Source of the DNA: an uncultured virus (IMG/VR IMGVR_UViG_3300016371_000006)
Lineage: Duplodnaviria > Heunggongvirae > Uroviricota > Caudoviricetes
Virus record (IMG/VR): IMGVR_UViG_3300016371_000006
DNA length: 55,852 bases
Direction: 5' to 3' (one strand)
Shown here: positions 37,643 to 47,979 of the stretch, piece after piece
Layout of the letters: each line of letters starts with the position of its first letter
Numbering within the stretch: the stretch's first letter is position 1
Notes under the pieces: model-generated
The model's input: only the letters and a program-made list of their open reading frames with translations
Database searches by the model: none
What the model was told of the DNA's origin: nothing
Position numbers and translations under genes: made by a program

Positions 37643-39141
37643 CAACCTCACTCTCGGCCCCCGGCGACCAGTCCTTCGTGGCCTCCTACCTGGTCGGCAC
37701 CTACCTGTTCGGGTCGGTCATCCCGCCCGACTCACAGTCCCCGTTCTCGGGGACCTACGAGATTTACGGGGACATCGGGTCGCTGGTGTTCCCGGCGGTG
37801 GTGGGCGATCAGGGCGTGCCCGGCCCGGCGGCGTTCGCGCTCAAGCTCGAAAACGACATGAGCGTCGACGACCCGAGCGACCTGCCGCAGACGCTGCAGA
37901 ACAGCCAGGCCGACATCGGCAAGTTCTGGCTGCTCGACGACGTGGACTCCAAGGGCGCGATCATCGGGGCGTCGGCCTACATCTGGTACGGGCTGAGCTG
38001 GCGGCGGGTCATGCTGGGCACCCCCGGGCCGCCGGGACCGTGCCCGATCATCACCCCGTCGGTGGACATCATCCCGCCCGATATGGCGTCCTACGTGGAC
38101 CCGATCGGCGGCACCCCGCTGTATCCGACGTGGAACATGAACCTGTCCATCCCGGTCGGCCCGACCGGGCCGGCGCCGGCGATGGCGCTGTGCCCCGACG
38201 TCGACCTGTCCGGCGGCGTGGCACCCGGCGACGTGCTGGGCTACACCGGGCGCACCGTGGCCGGTCACCTCAGCCCGCCCACCGGGCTGGCGGTGTCGCA
38301 CCTGTCCTCCGGCGGCAGCCTGTCCGGCGAATACTTCTGGATGGTCACGGTCAACTCGGCGGCCGGGGAGTCCACTCCGTCCAACGAGTGCTCGACCACG
38401 GTGGGCACCGGATCGACCGCCAACCTGATCTGGGACACGGTGCCGGGCGCGGACAGCTACAACCTCTACCGCGGCCTGGCCTCGGGCGGCGAGAACCACC
38501 TGATCGCCACCGTCACCACCAACGCCTACGCCGACACCGGGGCGACGGGCACACTGGCGACCCCGCCCGCCACCAACGGTGCCACGGTGAACTACCCGGT
38601 CTGGGTGCCGGTGGCGATCTCCCAGCTGATCCCCTCGCCCTACTCCATGCCGGAGGCTTCGTTCACCGGCTTTAGTGGCCTATCCCAGCGCGCCGCGATC
38701 GGCTCGTTTCCGATTCCGCCGCAAGCCTTTCCGTGGACCCCGGTGGTGTGGGGCCATCTCGGTGCGTTCGGCCTCGAGCTCTCGGCCAACCCGCTGCAGA
38801 TCGGTGTGGAGATCCGCCTGGGCGACCCGACGTCGGGCGCGCTGATCGGCCGCGGCTTCGGCAACGACCTGGGCGAAGTGAACTGTATGCCGCACTATTC
38901 CGATCCGAGCAATCCGGGTAACGCGATCACCCCGACCAACGGGCTGGCGGTGGTGCCGGCGAATCACTCCAACCCGGCCGAGGGCACCCTGTACTTCAAC
39001 CTGTTCAACGACGGTGCTATCGGCCTGTATCAGTTCAGCCCGACCGACGCGCAGGGCTTCGTGATGGTGGTCCCGGTCAGCGAGCCGTCGATGATGATGA
39101 CGCCGGCGCTGGCAGGCGGAACCAGACGGCGCGGGCGGTGA
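37639..39141 (+). CDS. Minor tail protein, paralog of the previous gene, with FN3-like insert
   Basis: Shared YIWYG, SMPE.SF, WTP.VWGH, VVPANH; PPTGL...GES.PS...YNLYRG insert. Confidence 0.8.
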   Translation: MTTSLSAPGDQSFVASYLVGTYLFGSVIPPDSQSPFSGTYEIYGDIGSLVFPAVVGDQGVPGPAAFALKLENDMSVDDPSDLPQTLQNSQADIGKFWLLDDVDSKGAIIGASAYIWYGLSWRRVMLGTPGPPGPCPIITPSVDIIPPDMASYVDPIGGTPLYPTWNMNLSIPVGPTGPAPAMALCPDVDLSGGVAPGDVLGYTGRTVAGHLSPPTGLAVSHLSSGGSLSGEYFWMVTVNSAAGESTPSNECSTTVGTGSTANLIWDTVPGADSYNLYRGLASGGENHLIATVTTNAYADTGATGTLATPPATNGATVNYPVWVPVAISQLIPSPYSMPEASFTGFSGLSQRAAIGSFPIPPQAFPWTPVVWGHLGAFGLELSANPLQIGVEIRLGDPTSGALIGRGFGNDLGEVNCMPHYSDPSNPGNAITPTNGLAVVPANHSNPAEGTLYFNLFNDGAIGLYQFSPTDAQGFVMVVPVSEPSMMMTPALAGGTRRRGR

Positions 39142-39145
39142 GCCT

Positions 39146-42100
39146 ATGGCGGCCTTCGGCGCGATCGACCTGTTCTCGGGGCAAGTCCCGATCACCGGCA
39201 CCAACCTGTTCCAGGTCAACAAGAATCCCCTGAACCAGCTCGACGAGGGCCTGCAGGACGTCATCGGCAAGCAGGCCCGCGGTGCCTCGAACCAGTTCCT
39301 GCAGCTGCTGGAGGAGCTGATCGGCCAGATCCTCGGCATCCCGCTCGCCGAGCTGCTGAAGGACCTGGCGAACCTGCCGAACGTCTTCGACCAGCTCTCG
39401 CCGCTCAACTGGCCCTACCTCGGCCAATACTTCCGCGACATCGAGTCGTTCGTCGGGGTCGGCGTCGGGCTTTTCGGCACCGTCGACTTCCAGGCGCAGA
39501 CGGTCGTGCACGACTTCGTCACCGGCCAGCTCAAGCCGACCGAGTTGCTGGCGTTCCTGGTGCAGGACGCCTCCACGTCGGCGGGGCTGCCGGGCTTGTA
39601 CGTGCCGATCGAGAACATCGCGATGGACATCATCGGTGAGACGCTGGGCAGCGCGCAGGCCGTCATTGACGCGATTCTGGGCTCCATCGGTTTCCCGCCG
39701 GGCAGCGGCACCGCCAACGAGGTCAACCAGATGTTCAACGACCTGATGTCGATGCTGGCGAACCCGCCGCTGACATCGGAGGGGTTCAACGCGCAGCTGG
39801 CGGTGGCCGATTTCATCAAGGTCATGATGTGGCCGACCGGGCTGGTCGCCGGCCTGGCGGAGGATGCCACCATCAAGCTGGGTCTCAAGGGTTTTATCCC
39901 GATGGAGAACCTGGCGATCAACCTGATCAACGAGGCGGTCGGGGGCGGGCAGGCCATCATCGACTCGATCCTGTCCACGGTCGGGTTCCCGCCCGGCGTC
40001 GGCACCCCCGCTGAGGTGCAGACGTACTTCTCGCAGCTGCTGCAAATGCTGGGTTTCCCGCCGCTGACGTCGGGGCTGTTCCATCCCGATACCGCGGTGC
40101 AGAACTTCATCACCACGATGCTGATCCCGCAGGGTCTGCTGGCCCCGCTGGACGCGTCCGGTTTCATCCCGCAGATCAACCTGCCCAACCTGGACACCTC
40201 CAAGATCACGTCGGGGGTGTTCGCCAACTCGTTCGTGCCGGGCCTGGCGCAGATCCACAACGCCGTCGCGAACTCGCAGGGCGGCCCGCCCAGCGGGAAC
40301 ACGCTGACCACGATGCAGTACTGGCTGACGCAGATCCCCGGCGTCAACATCGTGACCCCGATCCTGGCGACCATCGTCCCGGCGCTGGACGCCACCAAGA
40401 TCGCCACCGGCCAGTTCGCCCAGTCGATGGTCACCAACCTCGTCAGCGACCTGGGAACGGCGCTAGGCGGAGTGGAGGCTGGCAGCACCCAGCAGATCAT
40501 CACCGCGATCACCGACCTGCCCGCCGGGACGATCACCGACCTGACCAACTACATCAACTCGCTGGAATCCATCCTGGGCACCACCAGCTCGGCGCTGCTC
40601 ACCATCCCGTTCAACAGCGTCAACGCGGTGATCAACTTCATCAACACGATGCTGGCGCCGACCAACCTGCTGGCCCCGCTGGCCCCTTTGGGCGCCGGGT
40701 TCGCCGTGCCCGCGATCAACATCCCCGGCCTGGACGCCAGCAAGATCACCTCCGGCATCTTCAGCCCCCCGCAGATCCCGGGTCTGGATGCCTCCAAGAT
40801 CATCTCGGGCATCTTCGGGCAGTGGAGCCTGCCGAACCTGTCGGTCGGCCAGATCGGCAACTTCCTGCCCAACCTGCTGTCCAACGCGACATATGCCACC
40901 GGGGCGTCAGTCAACGCTGGCGGGATGTGGTCGTGGATCTCCTCGATCAGCCACACCGCGGACGGCTCCGGCGCGGTGCAGGCGATCGCGAACGGCACAC
41001 TGGGGCAACTGTTCTCCGACCCGCCCTGCTTCGTGTCGGTGGGCCAGACGCTGACCTGCTCGCACTGGATTCAGTGGACTGGGTGCACGGGCACCGGGAC
41101 GTGCTTCAAGCTGTCGCTGGCCTGCTACCTGCTCGGGGTGCTGCAGAGCGTCGTCGATCTGGCGAGCATCGGTGGCCCGCTGCTGGCCGGTTCGCGCGGG
41201 ACTGCGAGCTGGCAGCAGATGTCGGGCACCTACACGGTGCCAGCCGGGGTGGACTCGGTGCGGCTGCTGCTGCAGGTGATGCCGTCGGTCACCGCCGGGA
41301 CGATCCAGTGGGACGACGGTTCCATCACCAAGACCGGGCTGTTCTCCACCGATTGGACGGCGGGGCTGACCGGCACGCTGAGCAACATCAACACCCAGAT
41401 GATCGCCCGGATGCTGCAAACGGACGCGATCGCCCTGGTCAACGCGCTGGGCCTGGGCAGCTTCACTGATATCCCCAGCTCGATCACGCCGATCACCAAC
41501 CGGCTACAGGGGATCAGCGCCGGTGGCATTCTCAGCGCGGGTTACGTCGCGGGTCTCGACGCCTCCAAGATCATCTCAGGACTGCTCTCCCCAGGCCTGA
41601 TCCCCAGCCTGCCCGCCGGGTGGGCCGGAACGCTGGACGCCTCGCTGGTCAGCGGTACCACCGCCGCGCAGACCGAGTTGCAGTCAGCGATGGTCACCAC
41701 GCTGGGCGGCATCCCCAGCCTTATCGGCTCCGACATCAACGCCGTGCAGACGGTGCTCAACGCCGTACCCCTACCCAACGTCACCGGGCCGCCCACATGG
41801 GGCATGGGCAACGCCCTGTCGTCCATCCAGGGCTTCGCAAACACTCTCTACGACGGGCTTGTTGGAAACCCCTCCGGCCTGGCGGCGCGCAGCGGCGACA
41901 TCGCGCCGCCCGCCATCAGCTACGGCCAGGCGAATGCCGTCAGCACTCTGGACAGCGCCCACAGCATCGCCACTCAGGCGAACAACAACCTGATCGCCCG
42001 TAGCGGCCAGAAGGCCATCTCGGCGGGCATCGACCCTACCGGCGACTCGGTGTTCAATTTCGCGGCGCTGACCGGGACCACCACCCCGACGATCACCCTG

Positions 42101-43330
42101 ACCAACAACGTCCCGGCATGCGGCATCATCGCCACCCCGGACGGCGGGATCAAGGAATCCATCCGCTGGTTCGGCGGCAACGCCACCGGCACTATCAGCG
42201 GCTTCTACCTCAACATCTACTCGATCAGCACCACGACCGGGGCGCAGACCCTGATGTACGCCTCACCCGATATTCACGCCAGCATCAGCACCGGACCGAC
42301 CCTGGTGTGGAACTCCTACAACCTGCCCTCGGCCAGTTACGTCACCACCCAGCCCGGCCACTACTACGTCGCTGAAATGATCATGGTGGGTACCGGGGCG
42401 TACTCGGTGGCCGGGGTCCAGCATCAGGTGACCCCACAGCCGGGTGTGTTCCCCGCCGGGCAGATGGCGTTGACCCGCAATCTCAGCACCAGCGGCGGGA
42501 TAGCGCCCGCCACCCTCCCGCCGCCTAGCAGCAGCGGCCCCGTGCAGTACTCGTCCAGCATCCCCTATTTACAACTCAGCGGGTCGCCCGGCACCTCCCA
42601 ATACTCAGCGGTATCGGCGGCATACTTATCCGCCGGGACGTATCACTTCCAGATCCCGCCGTGGATGGTCACCTTGGGCACCGGCAAGGTGGATATCGCG
42701 ATGGTCGGGGCGGGCGGGAGCGGGTCGTGCCCCAGCAACGGCTGGTATCAGACCTACACCCAAAGCCCCACCTATCAGGGCTTCGTGTGGGACCCGATCT
42801 ACGGCGAGAACATCAACGAGCAGCACTTCTATCTGATGTTCTACGCCTGGGGTGGCGGAGCCGGGCAATGGAACTCGGTCACCCTGAACTACGGCACCGA
42901 CATCCCGGCGGGCACGACCCAACTCACGGTCGTGGTTGGGGCGGGGGGCGTGGGCGTCGGCGGTGTCCCGCAAGCCGGGTCCGCGGGCGGTTCGTCCTAC
43001 GTTCAGGTTCCCACCTGGGGTCAGATCACCGCTCCCGGCGGCGCAGCCGGGTATCCGGGCAATGGCTCCTCCACGAACTGGACGGGCCTGGGGGCCGGGA
43101 ACTACACGATGCCGACAGGTCTGGGTGAGTCGTTCGTCGGCGGTGCGGCGCAGGGCAACACGCTGACGGCGGGCAACCCGCCCGGTGGTGGCGGCACCTC
43201 GGGGCAGACCTACTACATTCAGCAACTTCCGCCCGGCCCCTATGGCTGGCAGCAGTACCTGCAAAACGTCTACCCCTCACCCGCTGGCGCCGACGGCGCG
43301 GCGTGGTTGACCGCCTACCCGAGTAGCTAA
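39146..43330 (+). CDS. Large minor tail protein (LDASKI repeats, carbohydrate-binding-like and Gly-rich domains)
   Basis: 1394 aa; repeated LDxxKI.xG; YTVPAGV; VGAGG...GGGAGQW. Confidence 0.85.
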   Translation: MAAFGAIDLFSGQVPITGTNLFQVNKNPLNQLDEGLQDVIGKQARGASNQFLQLLEELIGQILGIPLAELLKDLANLPNVFDQLSPLNWPYLGQYFRDIESFVGVGVGLFGTVDFQAQTVVHDFVTGQLKPTELLAFLVQDASTSAGLPGLYVPIENIAMDIIGETLGSAQAVIDAILGSIGFPPGSGTANEVNQMFNDLMSMLANPPLTSEGFNAQLAVADFIKVMMWPTGLVAGLAEDATIKLGLKGFIPMENLAINLINEAVGGGQAIIDSILSTVGFPPGVGTPAEVQTYFSQLLQMLGFPPLTSGLFHPDTAVQNFITTMLIPQGLLAPLDASGFIPQINLPNLDTSKITSGVFANSFVPGLAQIHNAVANSQGGPPSGNTLTTMQYWLTQIPGVNIVTPILATIVPALDATKIATGQFAQSMVTNLVSDLGTALGGVEAGSTQQIITAITDLPAGTITDLTNYINSLESILGTTSSALLTIPFNSVNAVINFINTMLAPTNLLAPLAPLGAGFAVPAINIPGLDASKITSGIFSPPQIPGLDASKIISGIFGQWSLPNLSVGQIGNFLPNLLSNATYATGASVNAGGMWSWISSISHTADGSGAVQAIANGTLGQLFSDPPCFVSVGQTLTCSHWIQWTGCTGTGTCFKLSLACYLLGVLQSVVDLASIGGPLLAGSRGTASWQQMSGTYTVPAGVDSVRLLLQVMPSVTAGTIQWDDGSITKTGLFSTDWTAGLTGTLSNINTQMIARMLQTDAIALVNALGLGSFTDIPSSITPITNRLQGISAGGILSAGYVAGLDASKIISGLLSPGLIPSLPAGWAGTLDASLVSGTTAAQTELQSAMVTTLGGIPSLIGSDINAVQTVLNAVPLPNVTGPPTWGMGNALSSIQGFANTLYDGLVGNPSGLAARSGDIAPPAISYGQANAVSTLDSAHSIATQANNNLIARSGQKAISAGIDPTGDSVFNFAALTGTTTPTITLTNNVPACGIIATPDGGIKESIRWFGGNATGTISGFYLNIYSISTTTGAQTLMYASPDIHASISTGPTLVWNSYNLPSASYVTTQPGHYYVAEMIMVGTGAYSVAGVQHQVTPQPGVFPAGQMALTRNLSTSGGIAPATLPPPSSSGPVQYSSSIPYLQLSGSPGTSQYSAVSAAYLSAGTYHFQIPPWMVTLGTGKVDIAMVGAGGSGSCPSNGWYQTYTQSPTYQGFVWDPIYGENINEQHFYLMFYAWGGGAGQWNSVTLNYGTDIPAGTTQLTVVVGAGGVGVGGVPQAGSAGGSSYVQVPTWGQITAPGGAAGYPGNGSSTNWTGLGAGNYTMPTGLGESFVGGAAQGNTLTAGNPPGGGGTSGQTYYIQQLPPGPYGWQQYLQNVYPSPAGADGAAWLTAYPSS

Positions 43331-43340
43331 GGAGAAGCTG

Positions 43341-43508
43341 ATGGCGCTGCAAGAAGGCTGGCCTCTACACCAATTTGATCCCGGTCCTATGGCCTTGGAC
43401 CCGAATGACCCCGACCCTGTGTGTTACGCCGTGTTGGAAACGGGCGTGGAGGAGATTCACGGATACAGCCACACCAGCCAGTGCGGTCATCGCCGTAGCG
43501 AGCATTGA
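43341..43508 (+). CDS. Small hypothetical protein
   Basis: AAGGAG RBS; 55-aa MALQEGWPLHQF... Confidence 0.5.
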   Translation: MALQEGWPLHQFDPGPMALDPNDPDPVCYAVLETGVEEIHGYSHTSQCGHRRSEH

Positions 43509-43509
43509 C

Positions 43510-43956
43510 ATGGCGACCTACAAGCTCACCCCCAACCAGCCCGACCCGCTGACCGGACTGGTCAACTCGCTGATCGGTTGGCACTTCATCGAGGAAGAGA
43601 CGGTGGATGTCATCGAGGGTGCCAAGCGATTGCAGGGCGCTGGCTACACCTGGGACATCCATCCCGACCCCGACAACCTGGCGCTGATCAGGATGGCGGT
43701 GACCCAGCCGCCGACCGCAGGGACGATCCACGTCCACGAGAGCGACTGGTTCACCCTCGACGGCCAGTTCGTCCGGGTTCTCTTGGACTCGGAAGTAGCC
43801 ATCGATTACACCGTCGAAGTTTACGAACCACCCGCGCCACCCGACCTGAACGCGCCGCCCCCACCACCGATCCACGTTTCGTCGCCACCGGAGATGAGGA
43901 AGCCGCTGCCGCCAGGGGAGGGTTCGAGAAACATGATGACACCGCCGGAAGGGTGA
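43510..43956 (+). CDS. Hypothetical tail-region protein
   Basis: MATYKLTPNQ...; Pro-rich tail. Confidence 0.65.
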   Translation: MATYKLTPNQPDPLTGLVNSLIGWHFIEEETVDVIEGAKRLQGAGYTWDIHPDPDNLALIRMAVTQPPTAGTIHVHESDWFTLDGQFVRVLLDSEVAIDYTVEVYEPPAPPDLNAPPPPPIHVSSPPEMRKPLPPGEGSRNMMTPPEG

Positions 43957-43959
43957 CCG

Positions 43960-45126
43960 TTGGCATGGGCCACCAGCCCCACGCTGCCGTCCTCGACGCC
44001 GCCGTCGTGGACGGTCTCCCCCAACCCGCCACTGACCGCTGGCGGCCAGTGGGAGCTGCTGCCGCTGCTGTACTTCTCCGGCGGCGGCGTACTCTCCGCA
44101 ACGGCGTACACCTACTCCACTTTGATCTCAGCGGGCCTGGCCGGGACGGGCACGCTGGTCACTGCCGTCACACCCATCCTCGGTCAGGCGGCCCCCTTCG
44201 GCGGCGTGGGCACGCTGCAACTCGCGGTTTACCCCAATATCCCGTTCCCCGCCTTCCCGCAGTTCGCCGGGACCGGATCGCTGTCGGTGTTCGCGGTGGC
44301 CGATGGGCTGCACGCGGCGGTGGCCCCGATCGTCACGGTGCCCGCCGTCGCCTTCGCCGGCGCCGGGACGCTGCGGCCCAATGCGTATGCGTTCTTCAAC
44401 AACTACTACTTCTCCTTCGCGCTGTCCCCGATGCCGCCGGTCAAGTTCTCCGGCACCGGAACGCTGTCGGCGCTGGCGGCGATGGAGCTGCCGGCGATCA
44501 CCAACACCTCCGGCACCGGCACCCTCTCGGCGACGGCGGTGCTGAAGAACTACCAGGTCGCGGGAGTCCTCTCCGGCGCGGGTGCGCTGTCGGCGGCGGC
44601 TATCCCCCGGAGCGCGGCGGCGGCGGGACTGTCGGGCACCGGCACCCTCTCGGCGACGGCGGTGCTGCAATACCCCGCGACGGCAACCCTCAGCGGCGCG
44701 GGCACCCTGGCCGCCCTCGCCAACGCGGCCTACCCCCTCGCCGCGCAGTTCTCCGGTGTGGGCGCGCTGTCGGCGGTCGCCATCGGCGGCCTGTTCCCGC
44801 AGTTCACCGGGGCGGGCACGTTCAGTGTCGCGGCGCACTCGGTCTTCGGCTCCTACTACTTCCCGTTCGCGCTGTCCCCGATGGCCCCCACACCGCTGTC
44901 GGGCACCGGCAGCCTGGCGGCCAGCGCGGGCTTCCCGTACACGTTTGCGCCTGCGGTGGGGGGGCAACCGGGTCTGCCCTACACCCTCGCCTGGGCGTTG
45001 CAGCAGACCTACGGCTTCCCGCTGCAACCCCAGCAAGGACTGGGCTACATGCTCAACTGGACGTTGCAGCCGCTGCCAAACATTCCTTACGTCCTTCCGT
45101 TCCGGTTGTCGATCGCACAGCACTAG
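43960..45126 (+). CDS. Repeat protein (G.G.LSA repeats), probably virion-associated
   Basis: >10 copies of (F/L)(S/A)G.G.L.A. Confidence 0.75.
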   Translation: MAWATSPTLPSSTPPSWTVSPNPPLTAGGQWELLPLLYFSGGGVLSATAYTYSTLISAGLAGTGTLVTAVTPILGQAAPFGGVGTLQLAVYPNIPFPAFPQFAGTGSLSVFAVADGLHAAVAPIVTVPAVAFAGAGTLRPNAYAFFNNYYFSFALSPMPPVKFSGTGTLSALAAMELPAITNTSGTGTLSATAVLKNYQVAGVLSGAGALSAAAIPRSAAAAGLSGTGTLSATAVLQYPATATLSGAGTLAALANAAYPLAAQFSGVGALSAVAIGGLFPQFTGAGTFSVAAHSVFGSYYFPFALSPMAPTPLSGTGSLAASAGFPYTFAPAVGGQPGLPYTLAWALQQTYGFPLQPQQGLGYMLNWTLQPLPNIPYVLPFRLSIAQH

Positions 45127-45134
45127 GAGTCGTA

Positions 45135-45470
45135 ATGGTCGAACGCAATCTCGGTGAACTCCACACCCGCGACGACGGCAGCATGTTCTGCGGCCTGGGC
45201 CCGGTCGGCAGGTATGGCGACGGATCGCAGATCGTGCTGCTCGGTGAAACCACGGTGGACGCCATCACCGGCGGTGTCGCCACCAACGGCGGCGCGGGCG
45301 AGATCACCGTGGACATGGGCGACGCGGTGTACCACCTGATGCCCGCTGTGCGGATCGGAACCACCGACCTGGTGATGCTCGGCCGTTACCTCGGCACCCC
45401 AGCCGACGTGGGACCGCCGCCGAACAGCTTCTTTCCGTACATCCTTCCCTTCGAGTTGGTCGGAGTCTGA
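45135..45470 (+). CDS. Hypothetical protein
   Basis: AGGAG RBS; ends FPYILPFEL as seen in phage tail modules. Confidence 0.65.
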   Translation: MVERNLGELHTRDDGSMFCGLGPVGRYGDGSQIVLLGETTVDAITGGVATNGGAGEITVDMGDAVYHLMPAVRIGTTDLVMLGRYLGTPADVGPPPNSFFPYILPFELVGV

Positions 45471-45471
45471 T

Positions 45472-45948
45472 ATGCCATTTTCCTTGCCCGCGAATTACAA
45501 CCCTGGCGACCAGTACTCCAACGTCGCCGCCAACAACGTCGCCGCCGCCATCAACTCCCTGGTCAACGGCCTCCAGACCGCCTACGTCGCCACCAACGAG
45601 ACTACCGCCTCGACGACCTACACCGATCTGACCACCACCACCGACCAGGTGACAGTCACCGTCGGACAGAGCGGGCTGGTGTTGGTGATCATCAGCGCAT
45701 ATATCACCACTCCCACCGGGGCATCGACTCAATGTATGAGCTTCGCGCTGTCCGGTGCAAACACCCTAGCCGCGTCGGACACCTATTCGATTGCGATGCA
45801 GGGTTATGGAGGCGGTGTGAGATTGGGTGCGGTTTTTCCGCTGCCCGGATTAGCGCCAGGGGCGACGACCTTCAAGGCAAAGTACAACACCAACGCGGGC
45901 ACGGCCAACTTCTCGCTGCGCCGCATCACGGTGATCCCGTTCCCGTAG
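45472..45948 (+). CDS. Tail fibre module
   Basis: Paralog of 46601; T.STTYTDL, TTFK.KY, RRITVIPFP. Confidence 0.75.
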   Translation: MPFSLPANYNPGDQYSNVAANNVAAAINSLVNGLQTAYVATNETTASTTYTDLTTTTDQVTVTVGQSGLVLVIISAYITTPTGASTQCMSFALSGANTLAASDTYSIAMQGYGGGVRLGAVFPLPGLAPGATTFKAKYNTNAGTANFSLRRITVIPFP

Positions 45949-45957
45949 GAGATCCAG

Positions 45958-46593
45958 ATGCCCTCACTGCCCGCCACCTTCAACCCCGGTGACCTGTATA
46001 CGAACACCAACGTCAACCAGGTCGCCCAATTCATCAACGGCCTAACCGGGGTGATCCTGCCGTTCGGCGGGACCGCCGCGACGGTGCCGACCGGCTGGCT
46101 GCTGTGCTACGGGCAGGCCATCTCCCGCACGGTCTACGCGGCGTTGTTCGCGGTCCTCGGCACCACCTACGGCGCGGGCGACGGATCGACCAGCTTCAAC
46201 CTGCCCGACCTGCGCGGTCGCGCCGTCGCCGGGGTGGACAACATGGGCGGGACGGCGGCGGGACGGTTGACGGGTGCCACGGGCAGTGTGGCCGGGACCA
46301 CCCTCGGCGCGACGGGCGGGGAGGAAACGCACAACCTGTCGGCCACAGAGATGCCGTCGCACACCCATGCCGTCACCACGAATACGACCGTCAACACGAG
46401 CATCAACGTGGGTTACGGCTCGGGCGGCCTCGGGGCGGGATACGGCTCCACCGGCTCGGGCAACAGCCCCGCCAACGTCTGGGGCGCGAGTTCCGGCGCG
46501 TCGTCGTCCTCGTCGGCTGCCAACACCGGGGGCGGGGCGAACCACAACAACGTCCAGCCCGCAATGGTCCTCAACTACATCATCTGCACCTAG
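45958..46593 (+). CDS. Tail collar domain protein
   Basis: PTGWLLC.GQ.ISR..YA.LF..LGTTYG.GDGST.FNLPDLRGR; HNNVQP..VLNYII. Confidence 0.92.
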   Translation: MPSLPATFNPGDLYTNTNVNQVAQFINGLTGVILPFGGTAATVPTGWLLCYGQAISRTVYAALFAVLGTTYGAGDGSTSFNLPDLRGRAVAGVDNMGGTAAGRLTGATGSVAGTTLGATGGEETHNLSATEMPSHTHAVTTNTTVNTSINVGYGSGGLGAGYGSTGSGNSPANVWGASSGASSSSSAANTGGGANHNNVQPAMVLNYIICT

Positions 46594-46600
46594 GAGCCCT

Positions 46601-47092
46601 GTGCCGTTCTTGCTGCCCTACCAGTTCAATCCCGGTGACGTGTACTCCAACGCCCACGTCAACGCGGTGGCGGCGGCGATCAACGCGCTGGTCAACGGGA
46701 TGCAGACGGCGTTTGTCGCTGCCAGCGAATCCACCACGTCCACGACCTACACTGACCTGACGACCGTCACCGACACCGTGACCGTGACCATCGGGCAGAG
46801 CGGCATCGCCCTGGTGTTTATGTCCGGGTTGTTAGTGGGCAGCGTTGCGGGCAACGCCCCCTTCATGTCGTTCGCGGCGTCGGGAGCTAACACCATCGCC
46901 GCTGCAACAGGGCCGAACTCCATCTTCTATCAAGCTGCCGGTGCTGGTTACAGCGGGCAGTACGGGGCAATGGCCCCGCTGACCGGACTGAACCCCGGCG
47001 CGACCACCTTCAAACTCAAATACGCATCGCTCGGCGCTGCGGGAACCGCCTCCTTCCAATACCGACGCATCACCGTGATCCCGTTCCCATAG
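46601..47092 (+). CDS. Tail fibre module
   Basis: Paralog of 45472; AGGAG before GTG. Confidence 0.75.
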   Translation: MPFLLPYQFNPGDVYSNAHVNAVAAAINALVNGMQTAFVAASESTTSTTYTDLTTVTDTVTVTIGQSGIALVFMSGLLVGSVAGNAPFMSFAASGANTIAAATGPNSIFYQAAGAGYSGQYGAMAPLTGLNPGATTFKLKYASLGAAGTASFQYRRITVIPFP

Positions 47093-47100
47093 GAGGTGAC

Positions 47101-47937
47101 ATGGGACTGAACAATCAGTGGCAGTCAGGCCAAACCGTCCAGGCCGCCGACCTAAACAACATGGCGAACTACATCATGGGCGCCAACGCGGCAGGCCCCT
47201 ACGCCTCACGGCCCGCGCCCGGCAACCTCGGGAACCAGTATTACTGCACCGACTGCGACGCCATGTACCTCGACAACGGGGCGGCGTGGGTGAAGGTGCG
47301 ACTCGGCGGCGGGGCCGGCGGCCCGCCGATGGCCGACCCTCCGACGACCGGCTGGACATCGGTCAATATGGGTACAGCGACCTGGGTTTCGGATAAAGAC
47401 GGGATGTTGCTCACTGCGCCTAGTCGCGCAGGTATCAGCATTGGGTACGTTTACCGCCCCTACCCATCGGGTGCGTTCTCCCTAGTGACGAATTTCTATG
47501 CCGATCTTGCCAATACCACTGCTCTTCCTGCAGCGAGCGCCTGGTGGCGCTGCGGGTTGGCGATCTCAGACGGGACGAAGTTCGAAACATATGGGCCAGC
47601 CGAATACAACGCCACTTCGTTCGCCGCACCCTGGTATGGCCTGACGCAGTGCGTCGCAGGCGACCAATGGGCGAATACGACCACTTACGGCGCGGCGATG
47701 GAAACCTGGTTCCCACCGTTGTACTGGATTGGGGCTATGCCTCAGTGGTGGCGGTACCGATACGACGGCACTACCACCCACTACTTTGAGTGGTCGATCA
47801 ACGGGATTGACTGGCACATCTATCACCAAGAAGCCCGCACGGCGTATCTGACTCCCACTCAGATCGGCGTCTACTACAACAACCTCGCGGGATACAACCT
47901 CATTATGCGCCTGCGTAGTTGGGTCGGCGTCCCATGA
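47101..47937 (+). CDS. Putative receptor-binding protein
   Basis: AGGAGG RBS; G.YASRP...YYCTD; aromatic-rich beta-type C-domain; lower GC. Confidence 0.6.
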   Translation: MGLNNQWQSGQTVQAADLNNMANYIMGANAAGPYASRPAPGNLGNQYYCTDCDAMYLDNGAAWVKVRLGGGAGGPPMADPPTTGWTSVNMGTATWVSDKDGMLLTAPSRAGISIGYVYRPYPSGAFSLVTNFYADLANTTALPAASAWWRCGLAISDGTKFETYGPAEYNATSFAAPWYGLTQCVAGDQWANTTTYGAAMETWFPPLYWIGAMPQWWRYRYDGTTTHYFEWSINGIDWHIYHQEARTAYLTPTQIGVYYNNLAGYNLIMRLRSWVGVP

Positions 47938-47979
47938 AAACGAAGCACGCTATCTGCACCTAGTGAAAGGAAGTCGCTC

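Noticed and set aside
24170..37651. Long minus-strand ORFs (e.g. 25487-27748, 33000-36020, 35840-37651)
   Set aside because: Antisense shadows of GC-rich plus-strand structural genes
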